The notes: generated by a model not told the origin, from the sequence alone. Numbered from the stretch's first letter, positions 36,725-51,666 are shown. The stretch is 64,000 nt of DNA from Epiperipatus broadwayi (GCA_028023455.1 JAQFVV010000005.1:18476001-18540000), one strand, 5' to 3'. A program made the numbers and translations.

Positions 36725-37129
36725 ATCACATGATCACCATATCTTATGCTAGTACATAACTGTTATTAAACAGGCAAAACTCTCCATACAGTAGTGCCAT
36801 CCTGTGCCAACCAGAGTAATCAATGGATGCAAAGAAGCTATTGAGCTTAGATTGAAAATATTATTGTGTTTTCAATTTCATTTTCATAGTTTTGTAGGTA
36901 AGTAGAGATAAAAGGTGGCTTCTGGAGGGTTGCATTAGATTCTAAGATCTAGATGCAGTGCTCTCAGATCCAAGGCTCCTCACTGACGAATGCCACAAGC
37001 CAGAAACTAGTTTGGAGATATTGAATGAGTAGGCATTAGATGGTGATTTTAAGCACAAGCCTTCTGGCTTCATTAATTACTCTGGTTGGCACAGGGTGGC
37101 ACTACTGTATGGAGAGTTCTTCCTGTTTT
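36725..37129. mobile_element. Family 1 foldback element with decayed hammerhead
   Basis: Tail at the left end. Arms about 36772-36830 / 37070-37125. HHR-like 36977-37018. Degenerate TSD tataaatactttgc / tataaatgcttgc. Confidence 0.82.
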
Positions 37130-37199
37130 ATAAATGCTTTGCTTAGATTATTATTAAAAGATGAAAACATGTTGAATAAAACTCCTTGTGTATGTTAAT

Positions 37200-37265
37200 G
37201 CAGTAGTAAAGTTGAGTGCTAAGGATCCGTAGATTATACCTTGGCTGTCACTTCTGATGCTTAAA
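37200..37265 (+). mobile_element. SINE family B fragment
   Basis: ctgtcacttctgatgcttaaac motif, shared with the 49098 copy. Confidence 0.4.
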
Positions 37266-38559
37266 CATTATTTACAACTTTCTTAACAGCGAAGCATTTA
37301 GTTGTTACTATGACTACTGCTGCTACTAGATGAAACTGATTTTTTATAATAAAAAAACAAACAACTTAATAAATTTAAAAAAAAGTATCAACATGCTTGA
37401 AAAGAAACTTGAGCATTTAAATGCATGAATAACACAGAGTCTGCAGACTGCATAATGGAGCATGGAAAGATTCTTACCAACATTAATAAAGAGAAATCAA
37501 AAACAAATTATGTAGGTGAAATAATAAATAATTAACACGGGCGTCATTGAAAGAATTCAGAGTTTAAAATGAATCTGACTGAACAATCTACCAGAAAAGC
37601 TAACAATAGATAGCAATTAAAAATTTAAGTAAGATCATAAAGACTGTAAATCCATAGATATTTAAATTACACATCGAATAAAATACCAATAAGCCTTGAA
37701 ACAAATATCATATGTCTTTGAAATGGTTATTTTAGCAATTGAGCTACTATTGGCTTACTAAATAAGTAATATTTTGTAGTAGTATTAAGACTAAGACTAT
37801 AAACCCAACAAATATCACATGATTTTCAATTTATACAATACTTTGCAGAAGCAAACTTTATTATATTCCACTGTTGTCATCTATAGTAAGGTTTGAACAA
37901 TCAATAGGTGTTAGATAATAGTGTTTATTAAATCCATATCCAGCACTGCTAAATGCAAAGTGCATCAAATCCAAAAAATCCAGAAGCAATTTGGTACTAA
38001 ACTGATCACTAATAAATCTAAAAGTCAGACATTAGTCTAGAGAAATGTATAAGATACCACTGAATTTGAATTTAATAAACCCTACCATATTGATTATTTG
38101 AAACTTTTAATGGATGACAGCAATAGAATAAGTTTGTTATTATAAAGGCTGAGATTATGTAATAGTAATATATCAAAGTATCTGAATCCTGAAACAAATC
38201 TGTGATATCCTTGAAAAGGTTACCATGATATTCATAGTGCTTTGTTCAATCAATATTTATTCATAGTAGATATTTTGGCAAGATTTTGAAGAAATATAAT
38301 AGATTGTAAGTTTGTTATATCCCAAACATATCAATGTACCTACACTTCTCTTACTCTATATCCTACATGGCTTAGTGCATTGATAGCGAGTCAAACTCTG
38401 GAGGACAATGTACACAGATCAACATTTCCAGTACTTGAACTTCTTATGACCTTCTGATAAATAAGTCATTTAATTATTTATTTTATTTAACTCTTACTCT
38501 GCAGATAGAAATTTATAATTAATGGAATGAAAAGTACAGTCTTTCTATGACCTTACAAG

Positions 38560-39130
38560 TAGCATATATTAATGTGTGAAACAAATTGTCTTCACCTGGA
38601 AAATAAATTTCATCTTGATGAACTTCTGGTGAAAGATAGAAAATTATGAAAATCTATAATAAAATTATTAATAAGTCAATTATTTATATAGCACAATGTT
38701 TATAAACTGTAATATTTAAACAGCATTAAACTGTTGCACATGCACTTTGGATTTTAACTATAAAATGAATGTAAATTACAGTAATATTATATAGGATAGT
38801 TATGCCAGAATAAGTGGACTGAGGGTTCTAGTTTCCCAAAATGAAATATGACTATATGGTATTGGTGCAAAGTGCATCTTCTAGAAAGTGATCTTTTCTT
38901 CATTTAAAAATGCATTAAAATTATCAGATAAAAAATATAGATCCTCTACAAGGTAATTATTTATCACAACATTGATGTTTTTGAACTTCAAGAGATTCTT
39001 GTTCTTCTAATAAAGTGCATCTTCTTAAAATTCCTGCATTTCAACTGGATTTGATTGTCCTAGTCATTAATGGAGCCTCATCAACAAATTCAGAATAAGC
39101 TATGGTCATTACATTCAACTGATTTATAAA
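38560..39130 (-). mobile_element. Possible decayed hAT-type transposase fragment
   Basis: Minus strand VDEAPLMT (TDGAPAM-like) and CTLLEEQESL (HCIIHQEAL-like). Very degenerate. Confidence 0.3.
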
Positions 39131-40957
39131 TGGAATTTAATGGTCACAAACTATGTAGATCAGAATAAACACAAATCATGAACCATATAGTTAATGACTG
39201 TCAAATCTATGGCTATAGTGGTAGAATTGCAAGGTTAATATAACCACTAACAAATACATCTCCTGATTAGGATCTCTACAAATGCCTTTATGATATTTTA
39301 TTAATAGTTAAGCTATCTATAAAAATTCTTATGCTGAATAATAAATAAATTAAGCAATTCTATTATAATGAACTACATACTTTTAAAAGAAACCTGTTAA
39401 AAAGGTTAACAATTTAACAGAAATTAAGCTGTATGATGAAACAAGTTTAAGATGATCAAAAATAAGATGGATAACATTAAGAAAAATATATTCATGATTG
39501 TGATATTTAATTAGAAAGCAGATTGTTTGCATGAAGATGCTTGGAGTAAATTTGTAAAAATGGCTAAAATATAAGTATATCAGGTAGAGGTTGGGGAGAC
39601 ATATAGGTCAACCATTAAGTAAACATATAAATAAACAGATCTATGGATGTGGAAATACAGACAGGTTGAGATATAAAAAATGTATACATATATTGTACCC
39701 TTCCTTAATGGAAATATTATTGAACAAGAGAATCCAGCTAAATGAGATAACAACAATGTATTATAATTAAGTTGCATAAATGATGACTATTAAAATAATA
39801 TAACATGAAGACTAGCTCAAGATATAATATCTAATAAAATAATATTTTTCACTAATTAAATCTAAGAAAATCTTATTATAATAAAATATCATAGCGCTTA
39901 GGTTCCTAATAAATAATTAGATTCCAAACTCTACTATTTAATCCATTCATTTAACAATAAATCTAATTTATAAACAAAGTAAGGTTCTATCAAAATAATA
40001 AACAGAATTATGAATCTCATAACGAGACGTTCAGTAAGGTACATTAGTTTGGTCATTAAAAATACATCCTAAAATATAAGTTTATAAATTTATTACAGAA
40101 ATAATAATAAACTAATTAATATTCCTTTAATAAAATACTAATTAATAACTTTACTCATCATTTCTTAATAAGAAATCGACAATCCTCCTAAATAACACTA
40201 ATAATAATAATCATCATCATCTCAGGTTCATTTCTAATAAACAACCAAAATAAATTACCTAATTAATCCCCTGCAGTTAAATATAATAAGGGATTTTATA
40301 TAACATTTAACTACTCTTACCAAAATAATAACAATAAGCAACTAAACATCTTAATGACAACACAAAAATCCACTTAATGATTAAATTTTAACAATAAAAA
40401 TCAAAATAATAAAATTTTATGTAAGAAAACATTGTATAATCTTCCCTTATTTAATATGGCATTCTTAAAAATATCGTATATTCTAATACTATGGCAATAT
40501 CAAGTTTCACTCATTGATGTATCAGTTTTAAAAATAATTAATAATGATCATATTTTCTAAATAATAATGAAATATATATAGTTGGTTATTTAATCAAATG
40601 TAATAAAAATAATGTCTAAGAAATCTTTACGGATCATGTGCTAAATAAATCATATTTTAAAATATTGATTTCTGTGGATCATGCATGCGGAATAAAGAAT
40701 CAATAAGCAACAGGCTGATAAATCACAACTTGACTAAAGTAAATTTTAAAACAATTCACAAATTTATTTACAAGTTAACAATAGATTTATAACTCAATAT
40801 AATAAAATATTTACAGAGTAAAACGTAGATTACCATTATTTAGCATAAAAAAAAAAATTCACAATAAATATGACGCATAAATACAAGTAATAGAATAGAA
40901 TAGCCTTCACTCTGGCCATTTAAAAAATACAATAAAAATGAAACTTACAATACTTAT

Positions 40958-41047
40958 AATAATATTTACTGAGGCTATAACCTCGATAATACGGGTGTAA
41001 AAATGCGATAGTAAGGACCTCTACAGGTGTTTTAACCACAAGCTTAC
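40958..41047 (+). repeat. Dispersed repeat (second copy 54825-54915)
   Basis: aataatatttact(g/a)aggct..aaaatgcga..ctctacaggt..aaccacaagctta occurs at both sites. Confidence 0.7.
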
Positions 41048-44000
41048 GTAATCAATGTGCGTTTAATAAATTTATAATTAATACTTATAATAATATGTAA
41101 TCTTCATTTAGTAAAATAGTGTTTATTATTTGTATTGGGAATAGTGAAACTCTATCAAGTTCTAAAACAAAACTTAATACTATGTTTATTCTACCATTAT
41201 GATGTAAACACATCAATACAAGTTTATATTTCAGAAATGCATTCCTTAAAATATAAATAAAATATTAAAAGAAAAATTATTTAAAATTTTCTTTGCAATT
41301 TGTTTGGATATCAGAAGAAAAAAACCTTTCAGTAAAATAAAAATATTTCCCTCTATAAAATTAATTGACTATTATGCAAAAAAAATACTCAAGAGGAAAT
41401 TTTTATAAATTTTATAGCTTAATTAGGTTTTAACTTATCAATAATAAAATTTATGAAAAACTCTTCATAAGTTATATTGCTTGACATTTGCTTTATTTTC
41501 ATTTTGACAATCTTTCATACATCATATCATCCCAAAATCATTTTTACTTTTCTTACTTTCGTTCCATTTGAATATGCATCTTTTAAAGATAAATGATCTC
41601 TAATATTTTGAATAGGCATCAATTCTTCTTCTCTTGTAATTACCTATTATGATAATCATTAAACATTTCAACATCATTTGAAAGAAAAAATTTTCATATA
41701 CTACTCTCACAAAATTATCTACCTCAAAAAACAATTCAGTCATTAATTTTCCTACTTATAAACTATCTTCTATGATGTGGTAAATAGATAGCAATTAAAG
41801 TGCAGGGTATGGAATAGTAATAAGAATGTTTCAAAACTAAGACAATTTCATCATGGGACAGTGCAAATTGAAAGAGTAGGTCCATATTCATCAGGCACCT
41901 AAGATATATGCCATGGCTCTATTATAGCTCTTATAGTCAATGTAGAAGTGCTCCTGTCTATGAAAAAAGATATGCAGCCTTATGTAATCTCTATACTTTA
42001 ACAAATTTAAAATATGGAAATATCATTCAAATAAAACAATCTTCAACATAATCCCAACACTTAGGATTTCACAAAAATATTATTATTTTCCCAACCACCA
42101 TCATTATTTTTCCCCACTGTATCATTCATTTAATATCATAAAAATATACCAACAACATTCTAAAATAATTTCTAAAACACAGTACTAAAGAAAACAACAA
42201 TGATCTAAATCCATTGCAAGATGTTTTTTAAAAGTTTTCATGCTCAAATGATATCGATAAACATTTATCGGTACTATATATTTTATTCATTTGTTAGGAT
42301 ATAATTCAGAGATCAACACTAAGTCCTTTTATATTCCAACAAATACCATTCATAATATAACATTTTAATAATTTAATGATGCTATATAATTTATGCATAT
42401 CCAATACATGTTTTAAACAAGTTATTTAGAAATATGCTTAGATGTTTTCAAACATTCATACAAATTTGTCAGCTCTTTCACAAAATACACATGATAATTT
42501 TGTTAATGGTTCATTCTTCCATTATTTAGCATTAAATTCAAGCAATGTACCATGTTAATCTAAAAATACTAATCAAAATATATCTTTTTTTTAAACAAAA
42601 GAAAAGAAACAAAATTATTAAGTAAAAATATATTCTAAATAACAATAAAAATTACCAATGATCTCATTATACTATTGAGACCATTTACGTGGTCCACTTC
42701 TCCAAAACCATATTTTCAAAAAAAATTTATGATTAAAAACTTGTCTTGTTCAGAAAATTACTTTCTGAAAACCCATTTGTTTTTTTTAAAAAACATAATA
42801 ATAAAGTTAATCTATCTTAAAACTATATTATAACAACAAGTTAGTTTTAAAATAAATAATTTTAATCCTTTAAATGTTAATGTTAAAAAACTTAACACAA
42901 AAACATATACTGTATATATAATAATAATAAAGTTTAAAGTTATGGAAGATTTTATTTCTCTTCTCCTTGCATGTAAGTTAAATTGCTTGTTTGGAATTTA
43001 CTTGTCAGGCAAAACTCCCCTGTCACCTAGCAACAGTTAAACAGTGTTATGGACAATTATTTTATCTTGGCCCCCGTATGAAGAAATATACAAACGACAA
43101 CATTTAAATCCAATAAAATCTAATATAATCCATGGAAAATATTAATATCCTGTAAAATAAAATGTTTATTCAGTCCTTTTCTGAAATTTTATCCAAAGAT
43201 TTAATATCCATGTAGAATAACAATTTTAAAATCCATTTTATATGAAATATTTCCTTACATATGTTTTCGGCCACTGTGTAAAGCAAGTACATATTATGGT
43301 GAATATAATAATTAATGTTTACATTTTCCATTGGTAAAATTATTACAGCATATGTTATATAATGTAATTATTTAATAATTTATCAGCAGACATTATATAA
43401 TAGATCTATTTATTCAACACATTTATCAACAGACATATAGATGAATTAGCATGAATATTTCTTTTTAAGAAAAATATGATTTTTATATCTTTAAGCATAT
43501 ATCTTGACTCTAAATCTTTTTCAGGTAAGACAATTATATCATTCAGGCATTTATTTACGAATAATAATTTTAACCTTTAAAAAGACATTTCAGTTCATTA
43601 TTTTCAGATAAAATTACTTTTAAAGCATATAATTTATTTATTACGCTAATTATTAGCAAATTCTTTTAAAAAAGCATAAAAGCATTCAAAATATCAGTTC
43701 ATTTTTTGACTGCTTTAAAGACAAATCAAGTATGAATCATCAATATGAATTATATATTTAAAATAGACATTCGTCATAGCATAAGACATTTAAAGTTCAG
43801 TGTTAAAACACAGGTGCAGAGTCTTAATTTTCTTCTCTTTGCAAATTTAATATTACAAATAATATTTTTAATGAATATCAAATTCCTCTTAATTATTACA
43901 AATAAATTAATTGCATTGTAATATAACAAAGTCATTTGAAATAAACAGAGTCATTTCAAGCATACAATCAATAAAAATTACAAAGTTCTTACACAATATC

Positions 44001-44928
44001 TAAGTAGTCACTACTGCATTCCACACAGTATTGAAGGTCCTGAGCTAAGTTCAAGTAGATAAAACCAATAGAAAAACTTTGGTGTTTAGTGATTCATTTT
44101 TAAACTGATTATCCTAGTGATATTTTTCAAAACACTTTTAAGCAAAATAATAAGTTTTAAAAGAAATTATCACTGTTATAGTATAAGATAAATATAATTA
44201 CACATTTCAAACTAAACTGTAAAAAATCTGTAGAAAAATCTGTAAAAAAAGAAGAATGAATGTGTCTAGACTGTCTTTAACCTTAGTTTTTATACCAATC
44301 TTGACATAATGATCTCATTGGTCAATACTGCTTGAATAAATCTACTAAATTACATAACTACATCAAATATGATTTTAAAATTAAGTTTTAAAACTATGAC
44401 TCATCAAATATTACATATCAAATTATTTAATGACTCAATATTAAATATTTTATTTAATAAAAATTAAATATTCTTATTAAAATAATTTTTAAAACATTTA
44501 AATAACCTAAAATTGACTTAAAAATAAATTAATCAATTAGTATACTTAAATAAAATAATAAGTTTAAATATTATTCTTTTAATATTTTCTCTAGATTGAT
44601 TATTTTGCTATATTTTTATTGACTAGTTTAGGCTTTTAATGTTTATATATATAATAACTCAAACAAATTTATTTAACACAGTATTTAAAATTAAATAATA
44701 TATTCTTTACCAAAAGTACTTTCAATTGCTTCAATGACAATATTTATTAACCATTAATACAAATGTACAGAAAATAAAAACTTGCATTACCCATCATTCA
44801 ATCCATTCATATTTCCCACAATTCTGTTGTTTTTATATTAGCTAATTGTCTATTCATTAAACCATCTCTATTCCTAGATATCATCATTGCCTCCTTAATT
44901 TTACATTTTTCATATATATATATGCCAT

Positions 44929-45029
44929 TAAAAACCAGTCAACACTTAGACAATCCCAATATCCATACCAATCAACAATTTCAAACTGTTGATTGGTATT
45001 GATATTCTCTAAGTGTTGACTGGTTTTTA
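44929..45029. repeat. About 100-bp hairpin
   Basis: taaaaaccagtcaacacttaga / tctaagtgttgactggttttta (22/22), plus inner arms ataccaatcaaca / tgttgattggtat. Confidence 0.85.
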
Positions 45030-46246
45030 GAATTACTTACAAGCCCATTTAGCCTTGAGCATTATATATATATATATTAGTATTAAAAATGATTTATAAA
45101 GTCAAAACTAAATATATATATATAAACACTTAAAATGCCAATAAACTGGAAAAAACTGTTTTTTTTTTCAGATGGTTTTATTCATATATTTCAAGCAGAT
45201 GAAGTGGAAAAGGTTTTAAACTAGACTTAATATATAACAATAGTGGTACAAAAGTTTTAAAATATATCTAATATATAATAAGTAATTAATTGGTATTGTG
45301 AGCATAAAACAAAATGAAGCTATACTCAAATTCAATATCCTATTTTTAATACTTTCTATTTTATTTTAGTGGTGCCACATGAAACTAAAGTCAACTAATC
45401 TCTGAAAAACACATTTTAGACCAATAATAAGGATGATTGATGTTCGAAATACATATTTCATAGATATTCACACCATATGGTGATGTATAGAATTAAATAA
45501 AAAATATTGTAGATAACGCAATGAAATTTTAATGTTGCTTAAATTTATTTGACATATATATGTGTATTACTAGATCAATAAGGAAATTTGAGTGTAATTG
45601 AATCTTTTAGACTACTCAAAAAAATAAAAATTATATAAAATTTCTAAAAAAAAAAAAAAATTAAACTGCTTTTCAAAGACATTTAAAAAGCTATAATAAA
45701 AGTCTATTGACTTTTATTATAGTTCTGGAATTCTGGAATAAGATATATATATATAAAACGATTAAAGTAGTTAGAAAAAAAAAAATGATTCTGAATAAAA
45801 CAGGTGGTCAATCTAGATTTTTTTTATATATATAAAAAATGAAAACGTATTCAAAGCAGTCTGGGTATAATATTCAACGATTAAAATCTTAATTAAATTT
45901 TTTTTAAAGATTTTAATTGAAAACGATTTGTGTTCATAAGACGGCAAATTAAAAGAATTAGCAAAAAAGAAAAAACAATCTATTCAAGAAATATTTACTT
46001 GAGAAATAATAGCTAATTTTTAAGCGTAAAACGTTATGATTGACTTTGAAATAGAGGTGAAATTACTTTATCACGTGAAACAATTTATAAAATATTAAAT
46101 TATTATATATATGTTAATCTCTAGTTTAGAAAATGATTAGTAATAATCATTATTGTATTTATCTGAGATGGATGGTGTCAAAGTTGTGAGTGGAGTAACT
46201 TTGACACTTGTAAATAAAGATGTAACTATTTATATATATGTTATAA

Positions 46247-46365
46247 AATGAATGTCAGATTCTGGAGTTCAAGATCCATTATCGCAGTCCAGATCTGTCT
46301 GTCATTTCTGATACTGAAACTTCTTATGAACATTTCTGAGCAATAAAAACCGTTCGATTATTTTG
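46247..46365 (+). mobile_element. SINE family B copy
   Basis: ttctggagttcaag..ctgtcatttctgatactgaaacttcttatgaac..tgagcaataaaaaccgttcgatta. Confidence 0.5.
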
Positions 46366-47282
46366 ATTTAATTAGGCTTAATATAGGGAAACGATGTCTT
46401 TGTGAAGATCTATGATCTAGTAGTTAGGTTCAAATCTGAGTGACATCTGGAAATATATCCAGTTAACTGAGAATTTTCAAAGCAATCTGATAAGTTGAGG
46501 GTTGGCCTGGATCCAATCTTAATATTTATGCAATATGTACTCTTAGTTGGTTGATTAAGAAACTATTAATCAATATCAGACAAATAGGTGCCAATGCCTG
46601 ACCATAGAGAAAAAAACATGATTTTAATATGAGTACCATATTACTGTGAACATTGAGCCAATGGCCTACAGTAATTTAAAAAGGGGAGCTTGTCAAATGT
46701 TGAAGAGAATCAGAGACTTAGGAAATTATTAAAAAAAAAAAAAGAAATAGTTCAAAATTTTAGAAAGATGGATTTGAAGATAATATATATATATATATAT
46801 AGATTTTAATCAAAGATTAATTGTGATTAATTTTCCACCATTCTATTTCTGAGTCATCAATATAAAGTTAGAGAAGTTAATAAATAACACAAAAAATGCG
46901 AAACAGATTCCAGCTGTAGTTTTATCAATGTCATGCCAATTTCATCATGACATAATCGTTCAAGTATAGAAATTCAGACTACTCTCTGTCATTATGCATG
47001 CATGAACAAACTTTTCCCTTCAGACAAGATATGGATATCAAACATCTGAATGTTTGTGCCTGTGTTAATAGCTTGATACCTTTCATTACACAAGTCACAC
47101 TAGGTAGGAACTGGTTTCTATACACTTTTGTGATCTTGTGGAAGAATGAACTGCACTATAGATATATATTTTCTATGATTTTAATTTTTACAAGAGCATC
47201 CTTCATTTCAACTCCACTATATCATAATCATTTATGAACACAGACAATCAGACCACATTCTTTCACATCTATTTAAAAACAA

Positions 47283-47632
47283 GGCAAAACTCTCCATACA
47301 GTAGTGCCACCTTGTGCCAACCAGAGTAATCAATGGGTGCCAGAAGGCTTGTGCATCCCTATCTAGTGCCTACTCATCCAATATCCCCAGACTAGTTTCT
47401 GGCTTGTGGCCTTTGTCAGTGAGAAGCCTTGGATCTGATAGCACTGACGAAGGCCACAAGCCAGAAACTAGTCTGGGGATATTGGATGAGTAGGCACTAG
47501 ATAGGGATTTTATGCACAAGCCTTCTGTCAGCCAATGATTACTCTGGTTGGTACAGGGTGGCACTACTGTATGGAGAGTTTTGCCTTGTTTAATAACAAT
47601 TACATGCTAGTATAAGAGATGGTGATCATGTG
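47283..47632. mobile_element. Family 1 foldback element, near-perfect ~300-bp palindrome plus ~45-nt tail
   Basis: Arms about 47283-47420 / 47443-47590. HHR-like motifs on both strands (47384-47425 minus; 47444-47479 plus). Perfect 16-bp TSD atctatttaaaaacaa at 47267-47282 / 47633-47648. Confidence 0.9.
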
Positions 47633-49097
47633 ATCTATTTAAAAACAACTTTCATTTTTTTCATAAGATATCAGATTAAGTTCTGACTGAAATCATTATT
47701 CATTATCTGCTCTGGTTCAAAGTCCTAGTTCAGAATTAAAGTAATGGGAAATATAGCAGTATTATCAAATGCTGGCTAAATATAATATATAGGTTTTGTA
47801 GGTCATTTAGTTTTGACATAAGTTGGTAATAACCATCTAGTATAGGTGAAATATGTCTATTAATAATAAATGAAAACATTAAAATTACAGCTGTGTTTAC
47901 TTGCTGAAAACCAAAAATGCAAAATTTTTAGAAAAAAAAAATTATAAAAACATTCTGCAATAGCAGCTACCTATTTATTTACTATATTGCTACCACTTTT
48001 AAATTGAGTGTCTTTATTATACTGATGGGTTTTTGATTACTATATGGCTTACATCTGAATCATGCACTGAACAAGATTTTCTTTTCAGAGCATTATTCTG
48101 CTTATTTGTTTACAGTTTTCCATGCATACTGTGCACATATTTTGTGTTTAACTAAACAGTATTTGTATCTAGCACTCGTGATAAAAAAATTGGCAAATGT
48201 TTTGCTTTAAATGATATAAATAAATTATATGATTCATCATTCATATAAAATATAAAATCAAATTATATTTCTGCAGTATAGTCTTTAAACTTATGTACAT
48301 ATAATTTAAAGCATTAACACAGATTCTATTTAGCTAATGGTTGAATAAAGATTGCTGAACAATAAACCAATTCTTTAACAATAAATTTATTTTCCAGTCA
48401 TTAGCAATTACAATAACATCATATTAGCCTAATACTAGTTAAATAGAAAGCATATTAAAGTTTTAAATCATACACTTTAAATTTATATTTGTCTACCACT
48501 ATAAGTAAATACATATGGTGTCAAATATTACATTAATATATTGAGAGTGAATATCTTTCCAACAGTTATATGCATAATGTTAAGCCAAAACCAAGTTACT
48601 CCTAAGACTGTATAATGTAACCTGCCTTTAATAGTAGCATTAAAGTTAAGAGTCAATATCAAGATATCTTACAGAGAATAACTTTCATTCTCATCATTAT
48701 CATAGCTTAAACTTGCCTTTCATATAAGATCTTTGATTGCAGGCAAAGAGAACTGATTCTATCTGATTGATAGTTAGAACTGAGGTTTCCATAATATGTT
48801 AACATTATTTATATAGAAATAGAGAGATATTCTCTCTCAATATATATGGAAACTACATCAGCAAATGGTGTGTTAATCAGGGCTTCAAATTAAATTTGAG
48901 GATTGAAAGGACTGAATTGAGCATAATTATTGAGATGTAGAGTCCTACACTCTTTAGTGAAGTTGAGAGCAGTGGTAAAATGGAGTCTCTAGAGTTTAAA
49001 ATCTATGAATACTAGCTCACTTCTATCACTTCAGTTGTTCAAATTTTGTGTAAACTCCCAAAGAATAGACCATTCAATTACTTTATTTTGTGCAATT

Positions 49098-49210
49098 TAA
49101 CGCAGAATAGAAAGGCAGATTTTAGAGCTCGAGGTTCATAAATCACAGCCCGATCCCTGTCACTTCTGATGCTCAAACTTTTTAAGAATTCCTGAGCAAT
49201 AAAACATTTA
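49098..49210 (+). mobile_element. SINE family B copy
   Basis: tttagagctcgagg..ctgtcacttctgatgctcaaactt..tgagcaataaaac. Confidence 0.5.
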
Positions 49211-49326
49211 TTCTTAGAATTATAAATAAAAGAAAATTTTAAGAATTTAGAAACTATTCATGTTGTCTTTATATCATTGTAAAGAAAACTCTCTTTGTTT
49301 TATAAAGCAAAAATAAGTTGGGGAAA

Positions 49327-50263
49327 TCATCATCATCATCAACCATTATCAATCCACTGCAGGATGAAGGTCTCTCCAAGTTCAATCCATCTTTTCCTAT
49401 CTTTAGCTTCTCTTCTCCACATCATCCCTGTACACTTTCTTATTTCATCCATCCATCTCACATGTGGTCTCTTTCTGGGTCTTTTACAATCTCTTGGAAT
49501 CCAGTTTAAAATTTCAATTGTCCATCTATTATCATCTCTTCTAGCAATATGTCCAGCCCAACTCCACTTCAGTCTTTTAATTTTTTCAATGAGGTCAGTA
49601 ACACCTGTTTGTTCTCTTACCCATACATTGCGTTTTCGATCTCTTCTTGTTACTCCCGACATGCATCTCCCCATACTTCTTTGAGTGGTCTGAAGTCTCG
49701 GTATTGGTCTTCTATTAAGTGTCCAACTCTCAGATCCATAAGTAAGAATTGGCAAAACAGATTTATTAAAAAAACCTTCCTTTTCAAACACATAGGCATA
49801 TTTCCTTTTAGTATCAACGTATTTCTACCAAAAGCACTCCAACCAAGTTTAATTCTATGATTAATTTCATCCATTATGTTTCCATCTGTATTAATAATCT
49901 GACCAAGGTATTTGTAACTGTTAACTTCTTCTAATTCATCATAATGAATCTTTATTTTCGTATTTTGAAAAAATCTATTAAACATTATGTTAGTCTTTTT
50001 AACATTTATCTTTAGTCCTACTTTCCTACTTTCATCTGATAACTCCTGCAACATTTCCTGTAGCTCTAAAGCATTATTTGCAAAAACAACTACATCATCT
50101 GCAAAATCTAAATGACTTAAATAATCTCTATTTACTTTCACTCCTTTAGCTTCCCATTTTTAACCACAAAATACTTCTTGCAGCACTGCTATAAAAAGTT
50201 TTGGAGATATGGAGTCACCCTGTCTTACACCATTTCAATGTTGATTTTCCTACTATCATTATA
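49327..50263 (-). mobile_element. RTE LINE, 5'-truncated, frameshifted
   Basis: HLDFADD, YKYLG, KWSWAGHIARR and (TGA)n tail. Same family as 19527. Confidence 0.9.
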
Positions 50264-51666
50264 AAATAAAATGTGTAAAATAAATCTTAAGTGAAATCTA
50301 AAATAAAAATTTTTTTAAAAGTCATTCTCTCCTTTTTTAAAATAGTTAAATAAAATGACTAAAAATAAACAAATGTAAAATAATAAAATAAAATTTGTTA
50401 TAAAACAAACTTTTATGAAAATATCTCATCGGCTTTGGAATGCAATTAAGTTTGCAAGATTCCTGGACAATAAGATAATAAATGAATCTGAGCAAAGGAT
50501 TAAGATAACTAGAAATGTAAAATTAATTAAAAGACTGATTTCAAATTAAGATCAAAATTAAAATAACAATAAGAAATTAACACAATACGAGAGAAAAAAG
50601 TATATAAAGTCACTCTCTCTATTGTTATTCAGTCGGGTTTGTGATATATAGTTCACATTGCTATTAGTCCAGAGTTCAGGTTCTTTCTAAAGAATGCAAA
50701 ATATTTGAAAATTATAAATGCAGTAGTAAGCCAATCATTATTGCTGTGGTCAACATTAATGAAGAGGCCACATAAACCATAGAAGTGTCTGACAGGCTTC
50801 ATGCCCCAAGCCCTCAGCCATTAATTATTCCACCTGAATCAGTACCTAGAATCAATGCTGAGATTGTAAAGTAGAAGCTGCCACATACTCTCTCTCCCCC
50901 TCATTATTCGACATAACCATGAAGCCATCGATGGAGGCACAAAAGGTCAACCGGTTGGAAAATAAAATAAATGAAAACCTACATAAAGATACTTTTAAAT
51001 ATATTCTGATCGCAGTCTAGACTGTTTATTTTAAATGAATGAACTTTAATTAATGGACTATTATAACTATAGCCTAAAGTCATTTATAATTTTCTTATGT
51101 TAAATCTTTTATTGTTATAGGGTGTTAAATGTGTGTGTGTGTGTAAATAAATATTAATGTTTGCTCTAATTGTTATTTTGTCTATTTTCTCTTTCTCTTG
51201 TCACTCCATCACCAGTAAATTAGTGTAGAGTTATTTTATGTGTTAAGTAAATGTGCTGGATCCTGAGACAGAGTGTGAGCTAGTCATGAGATATTTCAAG
51301 TGCTGGAGTGTGTGCCTATCATCTAAAGCATGCTGATTACATAACTTATTATTGGCTGGCACCTGAGGTTGATCCTCAAAACAAATAAAATGCTTTGGAT
51401 GGCAAGGGTTTGAATCTAGAAGTCAAAATGGGCCATGGTCTGGAAATGTGATCGTGTTATGCTTTGCATAGCTTGATCTGACTGTGAGTATTGTTGATGG
51501 CTCTGCTATTGATGGTATTCTCACCACTGCTTGAAGGGGCGGTCCATTCATGTAATATTAGAAATACAAGTTAAAATTATGTTAAAAGATGTTACCCAAT
51601 TAAATAAAATATCCTTTAAATGGACCCAATTCAATATATATATATAATAAATTAAGTTTGATGTCT

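Noticed and set aside
47283-47632. Classical MITE (DNA transposon) interpretation of the palindromic elements
   Set aside because: Ends are asymmetric (one-sided tail), TSDs vary from 12 to 16 bp, units are permuted or tandem, and hammerheads are present.
50640-51540. LINE ORF1 zinc-knuckle remnants
   Set aside because: Only fragmentary Cys patterns after assuming several frameshifts; not supportable by eye.
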